A stretch of DNA of 64,000 bases from Candidatus Eiseniibacteriota bacterium (GTDB lineage: Bacteria; Eisenbacteria; RBG-16-71-46). The DNA is taken from positions 32,001-96,000 of the forward strand of contig JANMQY010000144.1 of the NCBI GenBank assembly GCA_031370785.1. The letters run 5' to 3'. The position numbers and the translations under genes were made by a program. This document shows positions 28,282 to 37,485 of this stretch, in pieces (within the stretch, counting starts at the first letter, position 1; every line of letters starts with the position of its first letter). The notes under the pieces are model-generated. The model ran no database searches. It was not told the origin of the DNA and was given only the letters and a program-made list of their open reading frames with translations.

Positions 28282-29268
28282 GTGCCTGAATCGCCTGCGC
28301 ATCTCATCGATCTGATCGGCCTCGAACGGGACTGGACGCTCGATCTGTTCGACCACGCCGATCGGCTGCGCGCCGTGCGCGGCCAGAGCAACGCGCCGCG
28401 CCCGCTCGCCGGCAGGACCGCCGCGCTGGTGTTCCACAAGCCCTCGCTGCGCACGCGCGTCTCGTTCACGGTGGGCATGCACGAGCTGGGAGGCGACGCG
28501 GTGGATCTGACCTCGGCCGAAGTCAGCGAGCACGGACGCGAGAGCGTGCCCGACGTGGCGCACGTGCTGAGCGGGATGTGCGATCTCATCGTGGTGCGCA
28601 CCTTCGCGCATTCGCTGGTGCGCCGGCTCGCCGCGCATTCGGGAGTGCCGGTGATCAACGCGCTCACCGACTTCTCGCACCCGTGTCAGATCCTCGCCGA
28701 TCTCTACACGCTCAAGCGCCAGGGCCGCGACCTCGATCGAATGACGGTGGCGTGGGTGGGCGACGGCAACAATGTCCTCAATTCGTGGCTCGAGGCCGCG
28801 ACCATCTTCAACTTCACGCTGCAGATCGCGGTGCCGGACGGATTCGAACCGGACGCCGGGCTCTACCTCGAGGCCGAGCGCTCGGCCAGGGGCGGCGTCA
28901 AGCGCTCGCGTGACCCGCGCGAAGCGGTGCGCGGCGCCGACGTGATCTACACCGATACCTGGACCAGCATGGGTCAGGAACAGGATGCCGACTGGCGCCG
29001 GGTCGTGTTCGCGGGCTACCAGGTGAACGAGACGCTGCTGTCGCTGGCCAACGGCGACGCATCGTTCATGCATTGCCTTCCCGCGCACCGAGGCGAAGAG
29101 GTAACCGACGAGGTGATCGACGGCCCGCAGAGCGTGGTGGTGGAGCAGGCCGAGAACCGGCTCCACCTGCAAAAGGCGCTGATGGCGAACCTGGTCGGTC
29201 CGAAGAAGCCGGCGCGCAAGGCGCGTGCGGCGCGCGCGGTGGTTGCTTCGGAGGCAACTGCGGTCTGA
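28282..29268 (+). CDS. argF: Ornithine carbamoyltransferase
   Basis: GGAGG SD; KPSLRTR, HPCQ, DTWTSMGQE, HCLPAHRGEE, QAENR. Confidence 0.93.
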   Translation: MPESPAHLIDLIGLERDWTLDLFDHADRLRAVRGQSNAPRPLAGRTAALVFHKPSLRTRVSFTVGMHELGGDAVDLTSAEVSEHGRESVPDVAHVLSGMCDLIVVRTFAHSLVRRLAAHSGVPVINALTDFSHPCQILADLYTLKRQGRDLDRMTVAWVGDGNNVLNSWLEAATIFNFTLQIAVPDGFEPDAGLYLEAERSARGGVKRSRDPREAVRGADVIYTDTWTSMGQEQDADWRRVVFAGYQVNETLLSLANGDASFMHCLPAHRGEEVTDEVIDGPQSVVVEQAENRLHLQKALMANLVGPKKPARKARAARAVVASEATAV

Positions 29269-29282
29269 GCTAGAATCGACCC

Positions 29283-29939
29283 ATGCCCGAGAAGACCCAC
29301 GACTACCGCGGCGACCGCATCGTCGTGCGCTACGCGCTCAAGCGCTGCATCCATGCCGCCGAGTGTGTGCGTGGGCTCCCTGCGGTGTTCGATCCGCGGC
29401 GCAGGCCGTGGATCGACGCGAAGCTCGCCGGGGCCGACGCGATTGCCAAGGTGATCACGCGCTGTCCGACCGGCGCGCTCCACTACGAGCGCACCGACGG
29501 CGGCGCGGCCGAGATTCCCGACGAGACCAACTCCGTGCTCCCGACGCCACGCGGCCCCTACTACCTGCGCGGCGATCTCGAGATCCTGGACGCCGCGGGC
29601 ACTGTGGTGCTGCGCGACACCCGGGTCGCGCTGTGCCGTTGCGGGCAATCTCGCAACTAGCCCTTCTGCGACAACAGCCACTGGAACGCGAAGTTCGCCG
29701 ACGAAGGCCGCGTGACCGAGAGTCGCCTCGACGCCGGCGAGAACACCGAGGGCGCCGCAGGCCGCGGCCCGCTTCGGATCACCGTGCAGGAGAACGGACC
29801 GCTGCGCCTCTCGGGTCCGATCGAGCTGTGGAGCTCGGACGCGAACTCGACGTACCGCGGGACGAGCGGCGCGCTTTGCCGGTGCGGGCGTTCGGCGCGC
29901 AAGCCCTACTGCGACGGGAGTCACAAGACCGCGGTGTGA
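29283..29939 (+). pseudogene. Fer4_19 + 2x CDGSH iron-sulfur protein interrupted by in-frame TAG (29658-29660)
   Basis: CIHAAEC..CPTGAL; CRCGQSRN*PFCDNSH; CRCGRSARKPYCDGSH; same frame on both sides of the stop. Confidence 0.75.
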
Positions 29940-30018
29940 ACGTCCCTTGGGATCCCGAGAGGCCTCCCGGCGCCACCTCGCGTTGGCAAACGCCTTCATT
30001 CCGCGGTAAACATCCCGG

Positions 30019-31371
30019 ATGTTCCGGAATTTCGTCCCAACCGCGGGTGACGTGCGCTCGCTGCTTCGCCTCGCGGTGCCGATCGTCACCGCGCAGGTCG
30101 GCATCATGCTCATGGGCGTCGTGGACACCATCGTGGTGGGCCACGTCTCGGCGCGTGAGCTGGCTGCCGCTTCGCTCGGTCATCTCTACTTCTTCGGCCT
30201 CGCGGTGTTCGGGATGGGGACCTTGTGGGCGATCGATCCGATCGTCTCGCAGGCGATGGGCGCGCGCGATCACGAGGCGGCCGCGCTCGGCATCCAGCGC
30301 GGGCTGGTGCTGGCGGTGCTGATCGGCACCCTGACCACGGTGCTGACCCTGCCCGCCGAATTCGTTTTCCGCGCGCTCGGCCAGCCGGCGGAAGTCGTGC
30401 CGCGCGCAGCGGGCTTCGTGTGGATGTGCGCGCCGGGCATGCCCGCGCTGATGGTGTGGATCGTGTTGCGCCAGAGCCTTCAGGCGATGAAGCACACCGG
30501 CGTGATCGTGGCGACGATCTTCGTCGGCAATCTCATCAACATCGCGCTCAACTGGGTGTTCGTGTTCGGGAATCTCGGCTCTCCCGCGATGGGTGCGGTC
30601 GGCTCCGCGCTCGGCAGCACGATCGGACGATGGGTCATGCTGTTCCTCCTCCTGTTTCTTTCGCGCCGCGAACTCGAGCCCATGCTCCGGCCGTGGCGCC
30701 GCGCGGCGATCACGGGCTCGGCGCTGGCGCGTACGCTGCGCGTGGGACTCCCGATCGGCATCCAGTCGACGGTCGAGTTCACGACGTTTGCCGTGATCTC
30801 GGTGTTCGCCGGATGGTTCGGCGCGGACGCGATCGGCGGACATCAGGTCGCGATCAACCTCGCCTCTCTCACCTTCATGGTGCCGATGGGCGTCGGGAGC
30901 GCGGCGGCAGTGCTGGTCGGCCACGCGATCGGGGAAGGCGACATGGCGCTCGCGCGCCGCGTGGCGGCGAGCGCATTGATATGCGGGGCCGCCTTCATGG
31001 CCGCCTGCGCGCTGGTCCTGCTCACTCTCCCGGGCGCCTTTGCACAGGTCTACACCTCGGTTCCAGGTGTCGTCGCGGTGGCGGCCGCGCTCATTCCGAT
31101 TGCGGGCGTATTCCAGGTGTTCGATGGGATCCAGGTGGTTGCCGCGGGTGTGCTGCGTGGCGCGGGCGACACGCGCGCCGCGATGATCTCGAACATGCTC
31201 GGTTTCTGGCTGGTCGGAACCCCGGTCAGCCTGTGGCTCGGATTCGGACTGCAACGCGGCGTCGTCGGGCTGTGGTGGGGCTTCGTCGCCGGGCTGGCCG
31301 CGGTCGCGCTGTTTCTCGTGCTGCGCGTCCGCGTACGTCTCGCCGGGACGATCGAACGGGTCAGGGTGTGA
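30019..31371 (+). CDS. MATE family efflux transporter
   Basis: LAVPI, VDTIVVG, NIALNWVFVFG, FQVFDGIQ, GVLRGAGDT; about 12 TMs. Confidence 0.92.
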   Translation: MFRNFVPTAGDVRSLLRLAVPIVTAQVGIMLMGVVDTIVVGHVSARELAAASLGHLYFFGLAVFGMGTLWAIDPIVSQAMGARDHEAAALGIQRGLVLAVLIGTLTTVLTLPAEFVFRALGQPAEVVPRAAGFVWMCAPGMPALMVWIVLRQSLQAMKHTGVIVATIFVGNLINIALNWVFVFGNLGSPAMGAVGSALGSTIGRWVMLFLLLFLSRRELEPMLRPWRRAAITGSALARTLRVGLPIGIQSTVEFTTFAVISVFAGWFGADAIGGHQVAINLASLTFMVPMGVGSAAAVLVGHAIGEGDMALARRVAASALICGAAFMAACALVLLTLPGAFAQVYTSVPGVVAVAAALIPIAGVFQVFDGIQVVAAGVLRGAGDTRAAMISNMLGFWLVGTPVSLWLGFGLQRGVVGLWWGFVAGLAAVALFLVLRVRVRLAGTIERVRV

Positions 31372-31856
31372 CCCGAGAGGCAACCGAAGCCGACGCGCCC
31401 GCTCTCGTCGCGCTGCGCAACGCGGTAGCCGCTCGCCTGACGCTTGACCATGGCAGCGGTCACTGGTCCCACGCCGTCACCGAGAGGAGCGTGCTCCGTG
31501 GTCTCGAGACCTCGCGCGTGCTGCTCGCGCTGAACTCGGATGCAATCGTCGGCACGCTGCGGCTCGCGACCAGGAAGCCGTGGGCGATCGATCCGAGCTA
31601 CTTCACGAGCGTGAAGCGGGCGCTCTACCTTCTCGACATGGCGGTCTCACCCGAGATGCAGGGCGTGGGTCTCGGACGGCAGCTTCTCGAGGAGGCCGAG
31701 GCGGTCGCCCGCGCGTGGCCGGCGGACTCGATTCGTCTCGATGCTTACGATGCCGCAGCAGGCGCCGGGGCGTTCTATTCGAAGTGCGGCTTCCGAGAGG
31801 TGGGCCGGATCGTGTTTCGAGGCGTCCCGCTCATCTACTACGAGCGGCTGCTCTGA
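31368..31856 (+). CDS. GNAT N-acetyltransferase
   Basis: MAVSPEMQGVGLG, RLDAY, FYSKCGF; GTGA overlap. Confidence 0.85.
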   Translation: MTREATEADAPALVALRNAVAARLTLDHGSGHWSHAVTERSVLRGLETSRVLLALNSDAIVGTLRLATRKPWAIDPSYFTSVKRALYLLDMAVSPEMQGVGLGRQLLEEAEAVARAWPADSIRLDAYDAAAGAGAFYSKCGFREVGRIVFRGVPLIYYERLL

Positions 31857-31963
31857 CCCCTGGCAGGCTCCTCCGCCGCTCGGTAGTGTTCGAAGCTCAC
31901 GACCGCCGCGGCGACTGCGCCGCACGCAGTGTCGACTCCGTCGCGTCCCACACGAGGACGCCA

Positions 31964-32752
31964 ATGGCCAGGATCATCACCGAACGTGTGACTGCCCGGA
32001 TCGATGGCGATATCGTGGTGTTCCTGATCGGGCTCCGGTTCAACAAGCTCTGGAAGGTCCACAAGTGGTTTCCGGTCCTGAGCGCGATGCCGCGCATGCT
32101 GCGCGAGCTATATTCCGATCCGAGCCTGGGGTTTCTCGGAGCGAATGCCGACTGCGGGGAGTTCGACCTGAAGCTGACCCTCTTTCGATCGCCGGCAGCG
32201 CTGCGCAAGTGGCTCGCGCAGCATCATGCGACCGCCGGAGAACTCTGGGTCGGCTTCTACAGGAAGGACTCCGGCAAGCCGAGCCTCACCTGGCCGGAGT
32301 CCGTGGACGAAGCCCTGTGCTTTGGCTGGATCGATGGGATTCGCAAGCGTGTGGATGACCTGAGTTATGCGATCCGCTTCAGCCGTCGCAAGCCGCGGAG
32401 CATCTGGAGTGCTGTAAACATCCGGCGTGCCCGCGCGCTGATCAAAGCGGGGCGGATGAAGCCGGCCGGGCTCGAGGCATTCGGTGCCCGCAAAGAGAAC
32501 CGGTCCGGGACCTATTCGTACGAGCAGAGGAGCGCGGAGTTCGGCGAACCCTACGCTCGGCTCTTCGGAAAGAACCGCACGGCCTGGAAGTACTTCCGGG
32601 CCCGGCCCCCGTCCTACCGAAAGGCAGCCATCTGGTGGGTGGTGAGCGCCAAGAAGGAAGAAACGCGGCTCAAGCGGCTGGACCGACTCATCCAGGATTC
32701 AGCCCGCGGGCGCCCGATCCCGCCGCTGACGCGCACGAAACCCTCGCCTTGA
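31964..32752 (+). CDS. YdeI/OmdA-like protein preceded in frame by a truncated DUF4188-like segment
   Basis: VVFLIGLRFNKLWKVHKW..MPRML; then WLAQHH..EALCFGWIDG..WSAVN..SAKKEETR. Confidence 0.75.
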   Translation: MARIITERVTARIDGDIVVFLIGLRFNKLWKVHKWFPVLSAMPRMLRELYSDPSLGFLGANADCGEFDLKLTLFRSPAALRKWLAQHHATAGELWVGFYRKDSGKPSLTWPESVDEALCFGWIDGIRKRVDDLSYAIRFSRRKPRSIWSAVNIRRARALIKAGRMKPAGLEAFGARKENRSGTYSYEQRSAEFGEPYARLFGKNRTAWKYFRARPPSYRKAAIWWVVSAKKEETRLKRLDRLIQDSARGRPIPPLTRTKPSP

Positions 32753-32890
32753 GCCCGGGATCATCTTTGCCACGCCTCGCGGTAACATCCGCCGGCCCGG
32801 AAGCGTAGGAGTCCTCACGCTTTCCTGCCCGGGCCGAGCGTGTCCCTCTGGTCGGGGCGCGCCGCGCCGAGCCCCTTGCCGGAGGTCGCC

Positions 32891-33544
32891 ATGAAGTCGC
32901 TGCCGCTCTGCCATGCCGTCACATTCGCGTTCGCGTTCGCGCTCGCGCTCGCCGCTCAGGCGGGCGCCGCCGACATTCGTGACGTCAGCCAGGTCTACTC
33001 GCTCACCCACGCCAGGTCGGTGCGCATCGAGCTGCCCGCCGGCGACATTCGGGTGGAGACCATCCCTCAGCACAAGCTGCGCGTCGATCTCACGCTCAAG
33101 TGCCGGAGCTGGTCGGACAACTGTCGCGAGCGCGCACGCAACGTCGAAATCGTGGGCGGCTACGAAGGTGACGTGTTCGTGCTCAAGCTGGCGAACGTTC
33201 CGAAGACCAACTTCAATGGCCTCTCCTTGCATGGCACCGTGCAGGTCCCGCGCGATCTCGCGCCCGACTTCGCGCTGGGTGCGGGTGATCTCGACCTGTG
33301 GGGCATCGGCTCGGACACCGACGTTTCGCTCGGCGCCGGGGATCTCACCGTGCACCTGCGCGAGGACGACACGCGTTCGGTGGACATGCAGGTGGGTCTC
33401 GGCGACGCGTCGCTCCATCGCCATGGCGAGCGCATCGGGGGCCGCGGATTCCTGAGCAAGTCGCTGTCGTGGAGCGGATCGGGCCGGGCGGTCGTGAATC
33501 TGCACCTGGGTGTCGGAGACGTGAGCGCGCGCCTCGACGAATAG
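32891..33544 (+). CDS. Secreted beta-strand repeat protein (DUF4097-like)
   Basis: GGAGG SD, signal peptide, repeated LGAGDL/VGLGDA/LGVGDV. Confidence 0.75.
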   Translation: MKSLPLCHAVTFAFAFALALAAQAGAADIRDVSQVYSLTHARSVRIELPAGDIRVETIPQHKLRVDLTLKCRSWSDNCRERARNVEIVGGYEGDVFVLKLANVPKTNFNGLSLHGTVQVPRDLAPDFALGAGDLDLWGIGSDTDVSLGAGDLTVHLREDDTRSVDMQVGLGDASLHRHGERIGGRGFLSKSLSWSGSGRAVVNLHLGVGDVSARLDE

Positions 33545-33632
33545 CGGACGCGCTCGCGAGGCGCTCAGCGGGTCGGTGGAGGTGTTGGTCCCGATGCTCG
33601 CGACCGGCGCGCTGTGGTATCTTTTCTGCCCC

Positions 33633-35588
33633 ATGTCGCTTTCCGTCCTCGTCGCGATCCTGCTGGGGGCAGCACCGAACGCCGCGCGCTCCGCGCCGGT
33701 CGACAGCGTGCGCGTCGTGCGTCCCGCTTCGCGTGGCTCCGTCCCGCCGGGCGTGACCGACGCCGGCCGTAGCGAACGGGTGCCCGAGACGGCGGCGGGC
33801 GTTGCCGTTCCGCCCACCTCGCCGCGCGCCACTGCAGCGGTCGACACCGCGGTGCCCTACTACTGGCAGACCCGAGCCGAGCGCACCGAGTACCGGCTCA
33901 CCGCCGACTACGCCGAGACCATGCGCTACCTGAGTCAGCTCGAGGGCGGATCGCGCTGGATCAGCGTGCAGAGCTACGGGTCGAGCGGCCAGGGCCGCAG
34001 CCTTCCGGTGGTGGTGGTGTCGAAGGACCGCGCGTTCAGGCCCGAGGCGGCGCGCGCGACCGGCAAGCCGATCATCCTCATCCAGAACGGCATCCACTCC
34101 GGCGAGATCGAAGGCAAGGATGCGAGCCTCGCATTGATCCGTGATGTCGCTGTGCTGCGCACCCGCGAAGCGCTGCTCGATCACGCGATCCTGCTGATCC
34201 TCCCGATCTTCTCGGTGGACGCTCACGAGCGCAGCGGGCCCTACAACCGCATCAACCAGAACGGCCCCGAGAACATGGGATGGCGCTCCACGCCGATCGG
34301 CCTCAACCTCAATCGCGACTACCTCAAGGTCGAGACGCCCGAGATGCGCGCGCTGATCTCGAACGTGTTCACCAGGTGGTGGCCGCACCTGCTGGTGGAC
34401 AATCACACCTCCGACGGCGCCGACTACCGCCACGACATCACGTTTTCCGCCAACCACGGCCCCGGCGTCCCCCAGGGCGTGGACCGCTGGGTGAGCGAGG
34501 CTTTCGAAGGCCGCGTGCTGCCGCGGGTCGCGGCGATGGGGCATCTGCCGGGGCCCTATCTCAACTTCCGCGACAACCTGCATCCGGGCTCGGGCGTCGA
34601 CGACGGGAATTCCTCACCGCGCTTCTCGACCGGGTACGCGCCCATCCAGTGCCGACCGGGGATCCTGGTCGAGACGCACATGCTCAAGCCCTATCGCACG
34701 CGGGTGAGGGCGACCTACGATTTTCTGGTCGCACTGCTCGAAGACATCAACGCGCACCCGGACGCGCTGACCGGCGCGGTTGCGGCGAGCGAAGCCGAGG
34801 TGATCGCGCACGGCAGGGTCACGACCGGCGCTTCGGGCAGCGTCGTGCTCGCCAGCAAGGTCACGGATCGGACCGTGCCCTTCGAGTTCAAGGGCGTGGT
34901 CACGCGTGAGGAGATGAGCGATATCATCGGCGCGCCGGTGAGGCGCTTCAGCACGGCGAACTGGGACACGATCATCCCGGTCTATCGCGACGTGGCGGCG
35001 ACCCTCACCGTGACCCAGCCGGCGGGGTACCTCGTGCCTCAGGAATGGGTCGCGTGCCGCGATCGGATGGATATCCACGGCGTGCGCTACCGACGCTTCG
35101 CCAGAGCCTGGACCGACACGGTCGAAGTGCAGCACGTGCTGGACTGGAGCGCGGCGAGCGCATCGTTCGAGGGCCACCACGGGATCTCGGTCAGGAAGGT
35201 GGCGCTCGAGCGCCGGGCCCGGAGTTATCGGCCCGGCGACCTGTGGGTGCCGCTCGACCAGAAATCGGCGCTGGTCGCGATCCACCTGTTCGAAGCGCAG
35301 GCCCCGGATGGGCTCATGGCCTGGAACGCCTTCGACACGGTGTTCGAGAAGAAGGAATACGGCGAGGACTACGTGGTGGAGCCGCTCGCCCGCAAGATGC
35401 TGGCCGAGGATCCGGCGCTCGCGCGGGAGTTCCGGGCCCGGGTGGCCGCCGACACGGCTTTCGCGCACAGTCCGGCGGCCCGGGTCGACTTCTTCTACCG
35501 CCGCTCGAAGTGGGCCGACCCCCTTCAGGATCTCCACCCGGTCGCCCGCGCCCTCCACGTCCCGCCGGAATCGGTGCTGGCTCCCTGA
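33633..35588 (+). CDS. Secreted M14 zinc carboxypeptidase
   Basis: GIHSGEIEG, NLNRD, DNHTSDG, LVETH. Confidence 0.9.
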   Translation: MSLSVLVAILLGAAPNAARSAPVDSVRVVRPASRGSVPPGVTDAGRSERVPETAAGVAVPPTSPRATAAVDTAVPYYWQTRAERTEYRLTADYAETMRYLSQLEGGSRWISVQSYGSSGQGRSLPVVVVSKDRAFRPEAARATGKPIILIQNGIHSGEIEGKDASLALIRDVAVLRTREALLDHAILLILPIFSVDAHERSGPYNRINQNGPENMGWRSTPIGLNLNRDYLKVETPEMRALISNVFTRWWPHLLVDNHTSDGADYRHDITFSANHGPGVPQGVDRWVSEAFEGRVLPRVAAMGHLPGPYLNFRDNLHPGSGVDDGNSSPRFSTGYAPIQCRPGILVETHMLKPYRTRVRATYDFLVALLEDINAHPDALTGAVAASEAEVIAHGRVTTGASGSVVLASKVTDRTVPFEFKGVVTREEMSDIIGAPVRRFSTANWDTIIPVYRDVAATLTVTQPAGYLVPQEWVACRDRMDIHGVRYRRFARAWTDTVEVQHVLDWSAASASFEGHHGISVRKVALERRARSYRPGDLWVPLDQKSALVAIHLFEAQAPDGLMAWNAFDTVFEKKEYGEDYVVEPLARKMLAEDPALAREFRARVAADTAFAHSPAARVDFFYRRSKWADPLQDLHPVARALHVPPESVLAP

Positions 35589-35672
35589 ACAGGCGTTTTC
35601 TCTGGCCGAACTCCGGCCTCCTCTCTCCGCCGTCACGCCCGCGTCAAGAATGCCATGGCCCCCAACCGCTCC

Positions 35673-35701
35673 TTGTCCTTCTCAGGGTCGGGGCCTAGGC
35701 T
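35673..35701 (+). promoter_or_regulatory. Sigma70 promoter for a leaderless gene
   Basis: TTGTCC-17 nt-TAGGCT, 6 nt before ATG 35708. Confidence 0.6.
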
Positions 35702-35707
35702 CTCTTC

Positions 35708-36094
35708 ATGTTGAAGCGCACGTTGCCCCTTGCCATCGTGCTGCTCGCGCCGCTTGCTCCACTCCCGGCGCTGGCCCGGCCGTGCTGCGACGAACGCGGC
35801 GCCCACGGAACACTCGAGCTCTGCGATGCGCATGGCACCAGCTCTCCGACCGCGACCGCGACGGTGGCCGCCAGGTCGAAAGCTCGATCGACCGCGCGGA
35901 CTCCCACGCGCCCTGCGTTGCGGGCCACGCCAAGGCGCGCACCCGTGATGCCCGCGGCGCCGGTGAGTGAGATCGCGCCGTCGCGGGCGATCGCGATGCC
36001 CGCGACGCCAGCTCGGGTGAAGACGCCGGTGCATCACGATTCCGCTCCCCGGATCGGACCGCTGATTCTTTCGCATCAGGGCCTCCAGATCTGA
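35708..36094 (+). CDS. Small secreted hypothetical protein
   Basis: Signal peptide ending ALA, CC..C, Ala/Pro/Thr/Arg-rich; promoter directly upstream. Confidence 0.55.
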   Translation: MLKRTLPLAIVLLAPLAPLPALARPCCDERGAHGTLELCDAHGTSSPTATATVAARSKARSTARTPTRPALRATPRRAPVMPAAPVSEIAPSRAIAMPATPARVKTPVHHDSAPRIGPLILSHQGLQI

Positions 36095-36297
36095 TCCGAC
36101 GCCGGCGTCCGAGGAGGAAGGCAACCTGGGGCGCACCGATGTGATGTTCGGGCTTTGGGGTATCGCGGGCGGTGCCCGCGGTCGGCGCATTCAGCGCGAG
36201 CGTGCAGATCCCGCTGCTCACCCGCTCCACCGGCAGCAGGTGAAGTACCCGGTGATTGTCGCGCTCGGCGGGTCGCGCTGAGCGAGCCGCAACCCGC

Positions 36298-37377
36298 TCA
36301 GTTCCAGCCTTCGCGCACCGCGCGCTCGTAGGCGGCCCAGTAGGGATCCGGCTCCGGCTCTCGCAACTGGACCACGCGGCCATCCGGTTCGGTCAACCAC
36401 AGCACGCCGGTCCCGCGCATGACCTCGCCCACGACGTCCGCGATGATGCCCTCTTCGCCGAGCGCGGCGAGCGCCGCCGTCACCCTTTCGGCGCGCACGG
36501 TTGCGATCAGCGCGCCCTCGGAAAGCGTCCAGCCCGGGTCGATCCCGAACACTTCGCACGCGCCTTTGGCCTCCGGAAGGAGCGGAATCCGGCTGCGCTC
36601 GACACGCAGGTCCTGGCCACACGCGCGCGCCAGCTCGACCAGCCCGCCCAGCACTCCGCCCTCGGTCGCATCGTGCAGCGCGCTCACCCCGCGGTCGCGA
36701 ACCCCGATCCGCACCAGCGCGCGGCAGTCGGTGACCACGCTCACCTGGTCGAGGAGCTTGCGCGCGCGCGCCACTCCCTCTTCGTCGAGCACGGTCGCGA
36801 GGCGCCTGGGAAACATCCGCGCCGCGATCGCGGTCGCTTCGATCGCGCAGCCCTTGGTCACGATCACGCGATCGCCGGGCCGCGCCATCGCGGGCGTGAG
36901 GTAGCGCCCCTCGTCCCCGACGCCGATCATGGTCGCCGCGCCGATCAGCGTGGAATCAATGCCGGCATAGCGGCCGGTGTGGCCGGTCACGATCGCGACC
37001 CCGAGCGCTTCGAAGGTCTCGGCGAGCGCGCACTGGTAGGCCGCGAACGTGGCGGCGGAAAGCGTGGGCGGCAGGTTGAAGCACACCGACGCGTAGGCCG
37101 GTGGAATCCCGCTCGTCCACACGTCCGAGGCCACGTGGTGGGCCGAGAGCATGGCCGAGGCTTCGATCCCCAGCGCCGGCACCAAGGAAAGCGGATCGGT
37201 GGTGACCGCCATCACCCGTCCCGCGCCCAGGCGGACGATCGCGGCGTCCGTGCCGGTGCGCGGGCCCACCAGCACCTCGGGCCGCGGCGCCCCCAGGTGC
37301 GGCGCGATCAGGCGCTCGAAATCGGCAGGCGGCAGCTTGCCGAGCGGCGGCGTTTCCAGGTGGCGTCCTCCCTGCAT
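36298..37377 (-). CDS. AIR synthase-related (PurM/HypE-like) protein
   Basis: GKLP, GTDAA, TTDP, TGHT, PGDRVIVTK, HDATEGG, SEGAL. Confidence 0.85.
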   Translation of the reverse strand: MQGGRHLETPPLGKLPPADFERLIAPHLGAPRPEVLVGPRTGTDAAIVRLGAGRVMAVTTDPLSLVPALGIEASAMLSAHHVASDVWTSGIPPAYASVCFNLPPTLSAATFAAYQCALAETFEALGVAIVTGHTGRYAGIDSTLIGAATMIGVGDEGRYLTPAMARPGDRVIVTKGCAIEATAIAARMFPRRLATVLDEEGVARARKLLDQVSVVTDCRALVRIGVRDRGVSALHDATEGGVLGGLVELARACGQDLRVERSRIPLLPEAKGACEVFGIDPGWTLSEGALIATVRAERVTAALAALGEEGIIADVVGEVMRGTGVLWLTEPDGRVVQLREPEPDPYWAAYERAVREGWN

Positions 37378-37430
37378 GGCTGGGTGCGCTGCGAAGGCCG
37401 CAGTCTAGTCAATCGCGTCACGGCGCGCAT

Positions 37431-37467
37431 GAAAAACGGGAGCGCCCTTAAGAAGGACGCTCCCGTT
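37431..37467 (-). terminator. Rho-independent terminator for the amidohydrolase operon
   Basis: AACGGGAGCG / CGCTCCCGTT stem with T run on the minus strand. Confidence 0.75.
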
Positions 37468-37485
37468 CGCAGACGAGGCCTGGGC

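Noticed and set aside
28282..29268. ArgF as N-acetylornithine carbamoyltransferase (SLRT motif)
   Set aside because: DxxxSMG loop and HCLPAHRG are typical of true OTCases
29658..29660. Genome-wide TAG reassignment
   Set aside because: TAG ends genes at natural C-termini (5118, 5889, 17868, 28268, 33544); no pyl genes in the window
36095..36297. Possible gene remnant between convergent genes
   Set aside because: No frame gives a recognisable motif or start
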